Shown: one piece after another, positions 1 through 7,139 of the stretch
How positions within the stretch are numbered: the stretch's first letter is position 1
Layout of the letters: each line of letters opens with the position of its first letter
Virus record (IMG/VR): IMGVR_UViG_3300030419_007641
Span: 32,001-96,000 of that record
DNA: 64,000 nucleotides
Origin: a virus
Reading direction: 5' to 3' (one strand)
The notes under the pieces: generated by a model
Seen by the model: only the letters and a program-made list of their open reading frames with translations
Told to the model about the DNA's origin: nothing
Database searches by the model: none
Translations under genes and position numbers: made by a program

Positions 1-87
1 AATACTAGCAATCCACTTTGATATTGCGGTGATTCCAACCAAAATACCTATTACAATTACTGTGATTGCAGCTAATGTTTCATTCAT
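1..87 (-). CDS. small hydrophobic hypothetical protein, runs off the window edge (MNETLAAITVIVIGILVGITAISKWIASI...)
   Basis: Manual translation; ATG at 87 lies 6 nt below the AAGGAACT-N4-TATAAT motif at 94..111. Confidence 0.45.
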   Translation of the reverse strand, partial: MNETLAAITVIVIGILVGITAISKWIASI

Positions 88-93
88 ATCTCT

Positions 94-111
94 ATTATAT
101 CAGAGTTCCTT
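94..111 (-). promoter_or_regulatory. early/middle promoter motif AAGGAACT-CTGA-TATAAT
   Basis: One of 10 copies of the same motif with fixed spacing. Confidence 0.7.
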
Positions 112-541
112 AATACCACTTAACTGGTTTGAACCGATCGAGAGGATCAAAGAAATCATTAACTATCTCCTTATCCCGAAATGTGTACTGGCCCTCGGGA
201 GCTATGATAATCTTATCATTTCCTTTTTTATCAGGTCTTGATGCGTCGTATTGAACATGACCAACTGGAATGAGTTGCTTGTCGTTTTTTGACGAGGACG
301 GGACGATTATAATATCCCACCCCAAATTATCCGCCGGGTTAATTAGGTTAGGATACTCCCCGTAGTCAAATGGTAATGGAATTTTCTTTTTATGACCAAA
401 CCCTTTATAGCTTCCTTTAGGGCTGTCTAGATTAATCTTTTGATCAGGTATGTTGCCGATATATGTAACAATCTCTTTAAGTGTAGGGATTATCTCTGGC
501 ATCTGCTTGGGCTGAGACCAATGCTCTTTGAATAGCCTCAT
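110..541 (-). CDS. divergent family I inorganic pyrophosphatase-like protein
   Basis: LDSPKGS, LPFDYGEYP, ADNLGWDIIIV and NDKIII resemble the PPase motifs EIPKGS, YPxNYG, DGDPLD and DxK; the acidic motif is partly degenerate. Confidence 0.55.
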   Translation of the reverse strand: MRLFKEHWSQPKQMPEIIPTLKEIVTYIGNIPDQKINLDSPKGSYKGFGHKKKIPLPFDYGEYPNLINPADNLGWDIIIVPSSSKNDKQLIPVGHVQYDASRPDKKGNDKIIIAPEGQYTFRDKEIVNDFFDPLDRFKPVKWY

Positions 542-547
542 GGCTCA

Positions 548-859
548 TTACACAGGCGGCTGCATTTCATTGTGGGCCTCTCCAGTCTTTACTACAATAG
601 CACCATAAGCATTGTCCTTTAACTCCCATTCGCCAAACCGGCTGAGAAAATCCATTACATCACTCTCTTTTTCAATAACCTCCTCTTCTGCCTGAGCATA
701 CTCGGCTACTTTATCAAACAAAAAAGCATCACCAAGGTCGGCATATTCTAAATCATTTGTGTCTGTAACTTCTTTAATGTCATACTCGTCACTCCACTCT
801 ACTCCTTCTAAATTCTCTCTTAAAATTTTCGATGCTTGTTTGTCAAATTCGTTATCCAT
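548..859 (-). CDS. acidic hypothetical protein with MDNEFDKQASKILRE leader (putative internal head protein)
   Basis: ORF track; TAAATA (865..870) lies 5 nt upstream of the ATG. Confidence 0.75.
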   Translation of the reverse strand: MDNEFDKQASKILRENLEGVEWSDEYDIKEVTDTNDLEYADLGDAFLFDKVAEYAQAEEEVIEKESDVMDFLSRFGEWELKDNAYGAIVVKTGEAHNEMQPPV

Positions 860-866
860 GTCTTTA
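812..866. repeat. 55-bp exact direct repeat, copy 1
   Basis: attctctcttaaaattttcgatgcttgtttgtcaaattcgttatccatgtcttta is identical to 1131..1185. Confidence 0.95.
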
Positions 867-1178
867 TTTATTCTTCTTTAAGTCACTAAAGATACCTTCT
901 GGTCCGTATAAATCATCCTTGTCTAGACGTGCTTTTTTAGCTATGTGCTTCAAATAGCCTATTGCTTGCTCTTTATCAGCATGATTATATTTACTGGAAG
1001 TGGCGATATCATTTACAATGTCTTGTAGATCAATCGTGGAAGCGCTTTCCATATCTCCGAGATTATTTTTAAACAGCTCAATATCTCTTTTCAGGTCATC
1101 ACTCCAACGCTCTGCAGAGATGTCACCTACATTCTCTCTTAAAATTTTCGATGCTTGTTTGTCAAATTCGTTATCCAT
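864..1178 (-). CDS. hypothetical protein with the same 16-aa leader MDNEFDKQASKILREN
   Basis: ORF track; N-terminus shared with 548..859. Confidence 0.75.
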   Translation of the reverse strand: MDNEFDKQASKILRENVGDISAERWSDDLKRDIELFKNNLGDMESASTIDLQDIVNDIATSSKYNHADKEQAIGYLKHIAKKARLDKDDLYGPEGIFSDLKKNK

Positions 1179-1185
1179 GTCTTTA
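1131..1185. repeat. 55-bp exact direct repeat, copy 2
   Basis: Identical to 812..866. Confidence 0.95.
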
Positions 1186-1380
1186 ATTAGTCTTTTCTAA
1201 ATATCTCGATACTGCTTCGTCAAAGGTCTCCTCTTTCTCTTCAGGCTCTTCCTCTTCATCAGCTTCTTTTGCTTTAGAGAGAGCTATAGCTACAGCTTGT
1301 TTATGTGGCTTACCTTCTCTTTTAGATATCTCAATATTTTGAGAGATAGCCTCGTCTGATGATCCTTTTTTGAGTGGCAT
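1183..1380 (-). CDS. small phage protein of the MPLKKG...KQAVAIAL type
   Basis: Motif recalled from many phage small proteins; TAAATA 5 nt upstream. Confidence 0.7.
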   Translation of the reverse strand: MPLKKGSSDEAISQNIEISKREGKPHKQAVAIALSKAKEADEEEEPEEKEETFDEAVSRYLEKTN

Positions 1381-1388
1381 GTTATTAT

Positions 1389-1742
1389 TTATTTCTTTCC
1401 TCCGAAATATTCAGTAGCGTGACCTTCTGATATTAGCATCTGATTAGCATTTTGATCTCCATCTAGACTTAGCAACTCTGCGAGCAATCTACCATACTTA
1501 CCTTTATCGATAGTAGTCTTGACGACAATCGTATCTCCAAATGACTCGAGAATCTCAATGAGTCTTGCTTTTGATGCTAACCCTCTCTTCTTTTCTTCTA
1601 AATCTCTCGTCCTACTCTCAGGAGCGTCAATTCCATAGAGCCTTGCACGCTCCTTTATGTGGATGTTAAATCCAACATCAATTAAAAGATCGACAGTATC
1701 ACCATCTACTACTCTTGTTACTTTTGCTTTGTATTCGTACAT
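1389..1742 (-). CDS. thermonuclease / SNase-like nuclease
   Basis: VVDGDTVD...RLYGIDAPE...DKGKYGRLLA...NQMLISEGHA are SNase motifs. Confidence 0.92.
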   Translation of the reverse strand: MYEYKAKVTRVVDGDTVDLLIDVGFNIHIKERARLYGIDAPESRTRDLEEKKRGLASKARLIEILESFGDTIVVKTTIDKGKYGRLLAELLSLDGDQNANQMLISEGHATEYFGGKK

Positions 1743-1743
1743 A

Positions 1744-2058
1744 TTATTCAGGATCTATTCCATATTTTTTCTGAAGTTGTGCCTGTGTCTTTTCAATCAT
1801 ATCAACATACTGACCGAACACAGGATCATTAGCTAAGTTTATATTTAAAATTTCTAAATTAACCGGTCCGTTATCAGTCTGACTCGCCTTAAAGTGTACT
1901 CCATTCATGATGCGCTCTCCTTGTATGTTAGCCTCGTCCATAAGCCATTTAAATAAGTTTTTTACCTGCCAGGCTACTTGATTAAATTCAACGTCAAATT
2001 CATACTGCAGACGGGATTCATTGAGTATTTTTACGACCTCTTTATCGAAATTGTCCAT
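1744..2058 (-). CDS. hypothetical protein with MDNFDKEVVKILNE leader (start re-assigned from 2142 to 2058)
   Basis: The internal Met gives a leader homologous to 548..859 and removes the overlap with 2063..2266. Confidence 0.7.
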   Translation of the reverse strand: MDNFDKEVVKILNESRLQYEFDVEFNQVAWQVKNLFKWLMDEANIQGERIMNGVHFKASQTDNGPVNLEILNINLANDPVFGQYVDMIEKTQAQLQKKYGIDPE

Positions 2059-2062
2059 ATTA

Positions 2063-2266
2063 TTATAATGGGTAATCAGCGCTATCGCTAAGCTTTTCTG
2101 TTGCCTTTGGATCTTGGTCTCCGGACTCCTCTTCCGGCTCACTACCGAACTCTGCAGTTTTCTTCTTCAGCTTTCTAAAGTCATCAGCCCAGGAAGGCTC
2201 CTTGTCTATCTTGTCTTGAAAATAATCCTTGAACTTTTTTTTACGTTCGTTAAGCTGACCCGTCAT
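2063..2266 (-). CDS. small charged hypothetical protein
   Basis: ORF track; TAAATA (2272..2277) 5 nt upstream; packs against 2058. Confidence 0.65.
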   Translation of the reverse strand: MTGQLNERKKKFKDYFQDKIDKEPSWADDFRKLKKKTAEFGSEPEEESGDQDPKATEKLSDSADYPL

Positions 2267-2280
2267 TTATATATTTATTA

Positions 2281-2409
2281 CTAAAACGGTCCACATCCAA
2301 GAAAGATAGTGCCAAATACCATAAATGCAACCAGTGCAGCTATTACTGACACGAAAAGGAAAACCGCAAGTATAGACAAACTAGTTAGTTTTATTATGTT
2401 AATTATCAT
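2281..2409 (-). CDS. 42-aa membrane protein
   Basis: Manual translation MIINIIKLTSLSILAVFLFVSVIAALVAFMVFGTIFLGCGPF; start overlaps the upstream stop. Confidence 0.5.
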   Translation of the reverse strand: MIINIIKLTSLSILAVFLFVSVIAALVAFMVFGTIFLGCGPF

Positions 2410-2567
2410 TTTACTACAGGAGCAGTAGAGCACTTAATACTCTCTGCAGCCATGGGAGCTATTAAATATTTTTCGAAAATTTCCTCGTTAAGCTTTCTAT
2501 TTTTCTGCCAATTTGTAACACAAGAAGTCAGAGACAATGCAATTAAAAGTGTAATATACCTATACAT
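2406..2567 (-). CDS. small lipoprotein (lipobox LTSC)
   Basis: MYRYITLLIALSLTS|C; start re-assigned to 2567. Confidence 0.6.
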   Translation of the reverse strand: MYRYITLLIALSLTSCVTNWQKNRKLNEEIFEKYLIAPMAAESIKCSTAPVVK

Positions 2568-2568
2568 A

Positions 2569-2757
2569 CTAATAGTGCCAAAGTTTGTGGTATGGTATTG
2601 CAATATGTGGCGGGGTAATGACTGGTACCCTAATACCTGTTGGTATTCTGAACGGGCTATATTCAGGCCAGGCCACTGACGCAGAATGCCTTGTACTACT
2701 GCAACTTGATAAAAGTAGAGATCCTCCTACCAAAAATAAAATAGCTAGTTTTTTCAT
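2569..2757 (-). CDS. small Pro-rich lipoprotein (lipobox LSSC)
   Basis: MKKLAILFLVGGSLLLSS|C; start re-assigned to 2757. Confidence 0.65.
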   Translation of the reverse strand: MKKLAILFLVGGSLLLSSCSSTRHSASVAWPEYSPFRIPTGIRVPVITPPHIAIPYHKLWHY

Positions 2758-2768
2758 GTACTTATATG

Positions 2769-2855
2769 TTAAAAGAAATAAGCTCCGAAGAAAAGCCCCA
2801 GAGCAAACCAGCATGTAATATCAACCAAATGAGCGATTAAGAGTTTTTTGTTCAT
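2769..2855 (-). CDS. 28-aa membrane peptide
   Basis: Manual translation MNKKLLIAHLVDITCWFALGLFFGAYFF; fills the gap between co-oriented genes. Confidence 0.4.
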   Translation of the reverse strand: MNKKLLIAHLVDITCWFALGLFFGAYFF

Positions 2856-2863
2856 ACGTTATA

Positions 2864-3085
2864 TTAGCTTGGTTCCTTTTCTTCAATTAGAGTGTCTATG
2901 TAACATGATAACTGATTTACTGGTCCGTTAATAGCACAAATCATGTTACATACATTTTCCTCATCACTACGCTCAGATAACGCGTTAATAGCCGTTAAAT
3001 TTAACTTAACTATATCCACCATTCGTTTGAGCTCTGTTTCGTATCCCATAAAGGGATATTTATTAATATCCTGGTTATATACCAT
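2864..3085 (-). CDS. hypothetical protein
   Basis: ORF track; co-oriented packing. Confidence 0.55.
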   Translation of the reverse strand: MVYNQDINKYPFMGYETELKRMVDIVKLNLTAINALSERSDEENVCNMICAINGPVNQLSCYIDTLIEEKEPS

Positions 3086-3109
3086 ATTTTTTTTATAAAA
3101 CTTTTTACA

Positions 3110-3517
3110 CTAATCAGCTAGTGGAATAGAATATTCGCTTGCTCCTTCAAAAATTGAGCTCAATGCTGGGACTGTAATTTCAGAATATTTTGCAGTGTCT
3201 ACGCTTTTGGGCGCATAGTCCCTAAGCTCCTTTTCTTTGTCAAGTCGAATTTGCTTTGCATCTTCTGGCTCTTTTCCAATATGCTCAAACATATTTGTTT
3301 CCTTATTAAAGGCCATTGCACCGAACTCTTTATCAGGTAAATCCAGGCAATAAAACATATCAGTAAGAGTGTCAATAGCTTCATTCCACCCTTCATTCCA
3401 TCCCTTTTCTCCCAGGTCTCCGAAAGCCGGCTCATCGACCTTTAACAATGATAAGTGTTCTAGAATTTGTTTATTAGAGAAGTTATCTCTCTGCCATTTT
3501 GTAGATCTTTCGCTCAT
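3110..3517 (-). CDS. hypothetical protein
   Basis: ORF track; TATAAT just upstream. Confidence 0.65.
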   Translation of the reverse strand: MSERSTKWQRDNFSNKQILEHLSLLKVDEPAFGDLGEKGWNEGWNEAIDTLTDMFYCLDLPDKEFGAMAFNKETNMFEHIGKEPEDAKQIRLDKEKELRDYAPKSVDTAKYSEITVPALSSIFEGASEYSIPLAD

Positions 3518-3567
3518 ATATTACAGTATTATAAAGTAAGTTGTTATCAAGTCCAGCTTGGTATCAA

Positions 3568-3726
3568 TTAAAATGCTCGGCAAGCGCGCTTATTTGCCTG
3601 CTTCTTCCTATCAACAAATGTCGGGTTTCTCCTCAATAAAAATCCTTGGACATAACCGGCCCCCTTTGAGAAACTATAGCCCATTTTATCCATCTTAGCT
3701 TTATGTTTTTCTGCTCTGCTCATCAT
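3568..3726 (-). CDS. small basic protein (MMSRAEKHKAKMDKMG...FVDRKKQANKRACRAF)
   Basis: Manual translation; promoter motif at 3731..3748 directly upstream. Confidence 0.6.
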   Translation of the reverse strand: MMSRAEKHKAKMDKMGYSFSKGAGYVQGFLLRRNPTFVDRKKQANKRACRAF

Positions 3727-3730
3727 CTAT

Positions 3731-3748
3731 ATTATATAAAAGTTTCTT
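3731..3748 (-). promoter_or_regulatory. early/middle promoter motif AAGAAACT-TTTA-TATAAT
   Basis: One-mismatch copy of the motif. Confidence 0.55.
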
Positions 3749-3814
3749 ACTAGATTCCGTCTGGATACTTGTCATGTGCGAGTATCAATATAACTATAAT
3801 GAGGATAATTACTA

Positions 3815-4186
3815 TCATAATGCTACCTTTCTTACAGCGTCAGCGATGGTGCGGATATCCTCGTCATCACCAGGCCATGCTCCGAGCTCCCGCCAGCCGA
3901 CCATCTCGCAGATGTAGTGTCTGGTTGGGCCGCGCACTCCTCCCTCTTGGATGGAGATGGTGTCGCTGACCATCATATTGCGGACCTGGGCGTTTAAAAA
4001 TCTCTGACTCTCTCTTTGTGAGCCTCTGTTCCACTCACACCACATCAGCTCTAGGACATCGTCGTTGGAGAGCTTCTCGTCGAGGTATCGCACCTGGTGG
4101 AAGACGGCGCCTGAGTCATGATACCTGATTGAAATCTTCAGGCGGCGCTTGGATGAATCGGGTGAGTAATTGTTTACCGCTGGCAT
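3815..4186 (-). CDS. YodL-like domain protein
   Basis: RNMMVSDTISI...HYICEMVGWREL resembles the YodL RSxSVSDV...YYCDSxGF pattern; the second ATG (4186) fits promoter spacing. Confidence 0.55.
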   Translation of the reverse strand: MPAVNNYSPDSSKRRLKISIRYHDSGAVFHQVRYLDEKLSNDDVLELMWCEWNRGSQRESQRFLNAQVRNMMVSDTISIQEGGVRGPTRHYICEMVGWRELGAWPGDDEDIRTIADAVRKVAL

Positions 4187-4192
4187 ATCCAT

Positions 4193-4210
4193 ATTATATA
4201 CTTGTTCCTT
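4193..4210 (-). promoter_or_regulatory. early/middle promoter motif AAGGAACA-AGTA-TATAAT
   Basis: Motif copy. Confidence 0.65.
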
Positions 4211-4395
4211 TACAGCAAACCAACTGTCGATTCCATTTTAGCTCTCGCGATTATAGTACTTTGTCTACTAAAGCGTGTAGTTTCTTTGATAACTTCTTCT
4301 TCTACATATGGTTTCGGGAGTGGAAACCCTTGCCGTTTTTTAATCTCTTGAACTTCTCTGAGAGTTGGTAACTTATTAGTTGGTTGTCCTTCCAT
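4210..4395 (-). CDS. hypothetical protein
   Basis: ORF track; motif at 4402..4419 lies 6 nt upstream. Confidence 0.6.
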   Translation of the reverse strand: MEGQPTNKLPTLREVQEIKKRQGFPLPKPYVEEEVIKETTRFSRQSTIIARAKMESTVGLL

Positions 4396-4401
4396 ATGAA
4401 T

Positions 4402-4419
4402 ATTATATGAGAGTTCCTT
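4402..4419 (-). promoter_or_regulatory. early/middle promoter motif AAGGAACT-CTCA-TATAAT
   Basis: Motif copy. Confidence 0.7.
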
Positions 4420-5527
4420 ATTGTGGAGTAGGTGATATCCACTGGGAAACTACACGCCCCACTGCGCGTTCCATTCCCAATGTAGCCCAATTATAAATTG
4501 GCATACCTGCTACAACTGGTTCATTTACTAGCACCTCAGACCATTGAGCTGACAGCTCGTCCCATGCTTGTATAGAGTATCTAATATTACTACCAGCGGA
4601 TACCCAGCTTACAACAAATAGATCTTGATGTAAATCTATTGTAACAGCTACCTCTGGCACAGGGGGAGCATCCGGAGGAGCTGTAGTTACTTTGGTAGCA
4701 AAAGGATTGCATATTGCAATATTACCTCCTGGTCCTTTAGTTTGAATTACAAAAGATTGTGTCAGTAGTACGTGTCCCATATCTTCATCGCCCCTACCTA
4801 CTTGCTTCCAACCCTCGGTAAAAAAGGGCGGTATTGGTTTTGTATAAAAAAACTGAGTATAGCCGTGAGGATGTGCGTTCCACACCCCATTAGGCAACCA
4901 TAAAACGTCGCCTGAATTCAGCTGGTCGTTTTTTGTATACCCCGGAGAATCTTCAATACCGGTGTAGCGTAAAGGTATGCCAACAGGACCACTACGACTA
5001 AAAAAATTGAAAGTACCGGATTTTGCTTCGTAGTTTGTACACGGTGGTATATTAAGAATATAGGCAAATGCCACACTATGAGTATTAGGCCGGTCAATTG
5101 CTCCGCTCCCACTCTGTAAAAATATACTAGCATTTTGAGGTATCTTTACAGTACTAGCATCTAAATCTCCTTGCCCTATCTGTTTCCATCCCTCTGTAAA
5201 AAAAGGCCATTGAGGCTTTTGGTAATAAATTTGGGACCAATAATCCGTTTCCGGGTCATTAATCCATATTTTATCAGCTTCTGTAAAATCACCTTGGGCT
5301 AGACCAAATTGATTGCTTATGCCAAAGATTTCTTCAATTGTGGACGGCCCTTTTGTAAACGCCGGGGACCCTACTAAGGTAAAATGCCCTTGTTTTCCAT
5401 TTGGACCCACATGCTGTATAGTCTGAGTATGAAAGCCAAACGGAGTAGAAATAGACGTCTGAGCATAGGTTGCTGTTCCTAGAACAATAGAAGCTAGGAG
5501 TCCAAACAAGCTTGCCAACACCTTCAC
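4418..5527 (-). CDS. exported protein with signal peptide and two internal repeats; Verrucomicrobia-like
   Basis: Signal peptide ...TATYA|QTS; repeat P(W/P)FFTEGWKQ(I/V)GxGD occurs twice; GTG start 5 nt below TAAATA. Confidence 0.75.
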   Translation of the reverse strand: MKVLASLFGLLASIVLGTATYAQTSISTPFGFHTQTIQHVGPNGKQGHFTLVGSPAFTKGPSTIEEIFGISNQFGLAQGDFTEADKIWINDPETDYWSQIYYQKPQWPFFTEGWKQIGQGDLDASTVKIPQNASIFLQSGSGAIDRPNTHSVAFAYILNIPPCTNYEAKSGTFNFFSRSGPVGIPLRYTGIEDSPGYTKNDQLNSGDVLWLPNGVWNAHPHGYTQFFYTKPIPPFFTEGWKQVGRGDEDMGHVLLTQSFVIQTKGPGGNIAICNPFATKVTTAPPDAPPVPEVAVTIDLHQDLFVVSWVSAGSNIRYSIQAWDELSAQWSEVLVNEPVVAGMPIYNWATLGMERAVGRVVSQWISPTPQ

Positions 5528-5577
5528 ATAAATATTTATGTAAATATGAACGAGTTATCGCGATGTTGGTATAAAAA

Positions 5578-5653
5578 TGGTAGGAGCAGCGGGAGTCGAA
5601 CCCGCACTGGACGGATTTTAAGTCCGCTGTCTCTGCCGTTGGACTACACTCCC
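5578..5653 (-). tRNA. trnL: tRNA-Leu(TAA), 76 nt, short variable arm, CCA encoded
   Basis: GGGAGTGTAGTCCAACGGCAGAGACAGCGGACTTAAAATCCGTCCAGTGCGGGTTCGACTCCCGCTGCTCCTACCA folds as a cloverleaf. Confidence 0.92.
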
Positions 5654-5865
5654 TACTCGCATCTGTATCGTTTATTTTCGAAATCTGACAAAGCTTCTTC
5701 CAAAAGTTTATTCACTGTTCGTAGTTCAGTGTCAATATTCCTAATCCAATAACCGTCCCTTTTTTGGCATGCAAGCATTCGCTGTGTTTCTAGTAGAGAC
5801 TTTCTAGACTTGAGTCCCTTTATATGTTTTTTAGCTTTGAACCTTTTTTGTAAATTAGATAGCAT
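5653..5865 (-). CDS. small basic hypothetical protein
   Basis: ORF track; lies between two tRNAs. Confidence 0.6.
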   Translation of the reverse strand: MLSNLQKRFKAKKHIKGLKSRKSLLETQRMLACQKRDGYWIRNIDTELRTVNKLLEEALSDFENKRYRCE

Positions 5866-5877
5866 ATTTTTTTTATT

Positions 5878-5953
5878 TGGTGCGCCCGGCAGGATTTGAA
5901 CCTGCGACCTAACGATTATGAGTCGTGTGCTCTAACCACTGAGCTACAAGCGC
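5878..5953 (-). tRNA. tRNA with CAT anticodon, probably Ile2 (lysidine type) rather than Met
   Basis: GCGCTTGTAGCTCAGTGGTTAGAGCACACGACTCATAATCGTTAGGTCGCAGGTTCAAATCCTGCCGGGCGCACCA; the anticodon arm CGACTCATAATCG resembles E. coli ileX. Confidence 0.9.
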
Positions 5954-6318
5954 TATTCAAAAGATCCCCTATAAATTGCTCCATTACCTTCACCACTACT
6001 GGCTACTTTAGACCCAGTAGCCAGATCAAATGCTATAAGGTCGTTATGATGCATAGAGTATTTTTCAATATACGCTAGTGCTTCACCTAGAGTCTCTGTT
6101 AATTCTAGACGCTCGTTTGTATGGTCGTTAACGATCCGGACTTCAAATCCTTCAACAACTTTTTCCTGTCCAACTTGAACAACTTCTTGCTCTTCGCTTT
6201 TGTTAGCCCATATACTATAGTTAACATACAGGAAAGTAATGATAAAACAGATAAAAATTTTAAGTTCAAGTTTCATATCTTTATTATACGTAAGTTTGTT
6301 ATTTTTCAAGCTGTTCAT
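5953..6318 (-). CDS. hypothetical protein with N-terminal TM segment
   Basis: ORF track; hydrophobic IFICFIITFLYV; the true start may be MKLEL. Confidence 0.6.
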   Translation of the reverse strand: MNSLKNNKLTYNKDMKLELKIFICFIITFLYVNYSIWANKSEEQEVVQVGQEKVVEGFEVRIVNDHTNERLELTETLGEALAYIEKYSMHHNDLIAFDLATGSKVASSGEGNGAIYRGSFE

Positions 6319-6970
6319 CTAATGGTACTCTGTATTTATCAGGGTTTCGTCGCATATGCTTAAGCATAGTTTTGTTAGGTTTTCTAACTATTCTCCCAGA
6401 ATTAGTCTTATATTTACGATTGTAAACTTGGCACACATAACCGTATGGGCATTCAAGGCATTGATTTTTTACTACCAGATCAGTTCTGTGACATGTGTCT
6501 TTGGTGAGTTCTGCGGCCCACTTTACCCTCTCGTCATTACTCAATTGAGGTTGCGGTGCTGGCTTCCCAAACAATTTCGATACCTGCTCCGGATGTCTCC
6601 AAGACCAATCAACCCGGCCATCAGGCATCCTCGTCTTAAAGCGCCTATATGCTGCTGGATCATCTGGGTCTAACACCCTGTTAGCTTCTTTCTTAGGCTT
6701 GCTAGCTCTTCCGAGGTAACTAGTCATTACCTTTTCGATAGAGCCGAATTTCTTTACACGGCTATAAAAAAGCTTTTTAATTCCCATCGCGCATTTTTTC
6801 CCGCTCAACATGTCATATGTGTAGAGAGGTCGCTTCTTCTTTTCGTACCACCTATTAAGCAAACGAGTAATATCAGCAACAATATCCTTGTTATTAATAA
6901 CGGTACGAGATGCAACATTAGACTTTAACATTGCAATGATGTCGTCAGTAGAGTAATTAGGATGTCCCAT
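6299..6970 (-). CDS. basic hypothetical protein with C-terminal Cys cluster (start re-assigned to 6970)
   Basis: The track start overlaps tRNA-Arg; C...CLECPYGYVC; promoter motif at 6980..6997. Confidence 0.7.
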   Translation of the reverse strand: MGHPNYSTDDIIAMLKSNVASRTVINNKDIVADITRLLNRWYEKKKRPLYTYDMLSGKKCAMGIKKLFYSRVKKFGSIEKVMTSYLGRASKPKKEANRVLDPDDPAAYRRFKTRMPDGRVDWSWRHPEQVSKLFGKPAPQPQLSNDERVKWAAELTKDTCHRTDLVVKNQCLECPYGYVCQVYNRKYKTNSGRIVRKPNKTMLKHMRRNPDKYRVPLDEQLEK

Positions 6971-6979
6971 CTTTTCTTT

Positions 6980-6997
6980 ATTATATAATAGTTCCTT
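6980..6997 (-). promoter_or_regulatory. early/middle promoter motif AAGGAACT-ATTA-TATAAT
   Basis: Motif copy. Confidence 0.7.
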
Positions 6998-7006
6998 ATA
7001 ATTTTC

Positions 7007-7082
<76 letters not shown>

Positions 7083-7090
7083 CTCTATGT

Positions 7091-7108
7091 ATTTTAGATA
7101 TGTTCCTT
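7091..7108 (-). promoter_or_regulatory. early/middle promoter motif AAGGAACA-TATC-TAAAAT driving tRNA-Arg
   Basis: Motif copy 8 nt upstream of the tRNA 5' end. Confidence 0.6.
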
Positions 7109-7128
7109 TAAATTCAACAACAAAAACA

Positions 7129-7134
7129 TAAATA
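7129..7134 (+). promoter_or_regulatory. late promoter TAAATA
   Basis: 5 nt before ATG 7140, the modal spacing in this genome. Confidence 0.7.
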
Positions 7135-7139
7135 CTAAT

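Noticed and set aside
2059-2142. N-terminal extension of the 1744..2142 ORF
   Set aside because: It overlaps 2063..2266; the Met at 2058 gives the conserved leader.
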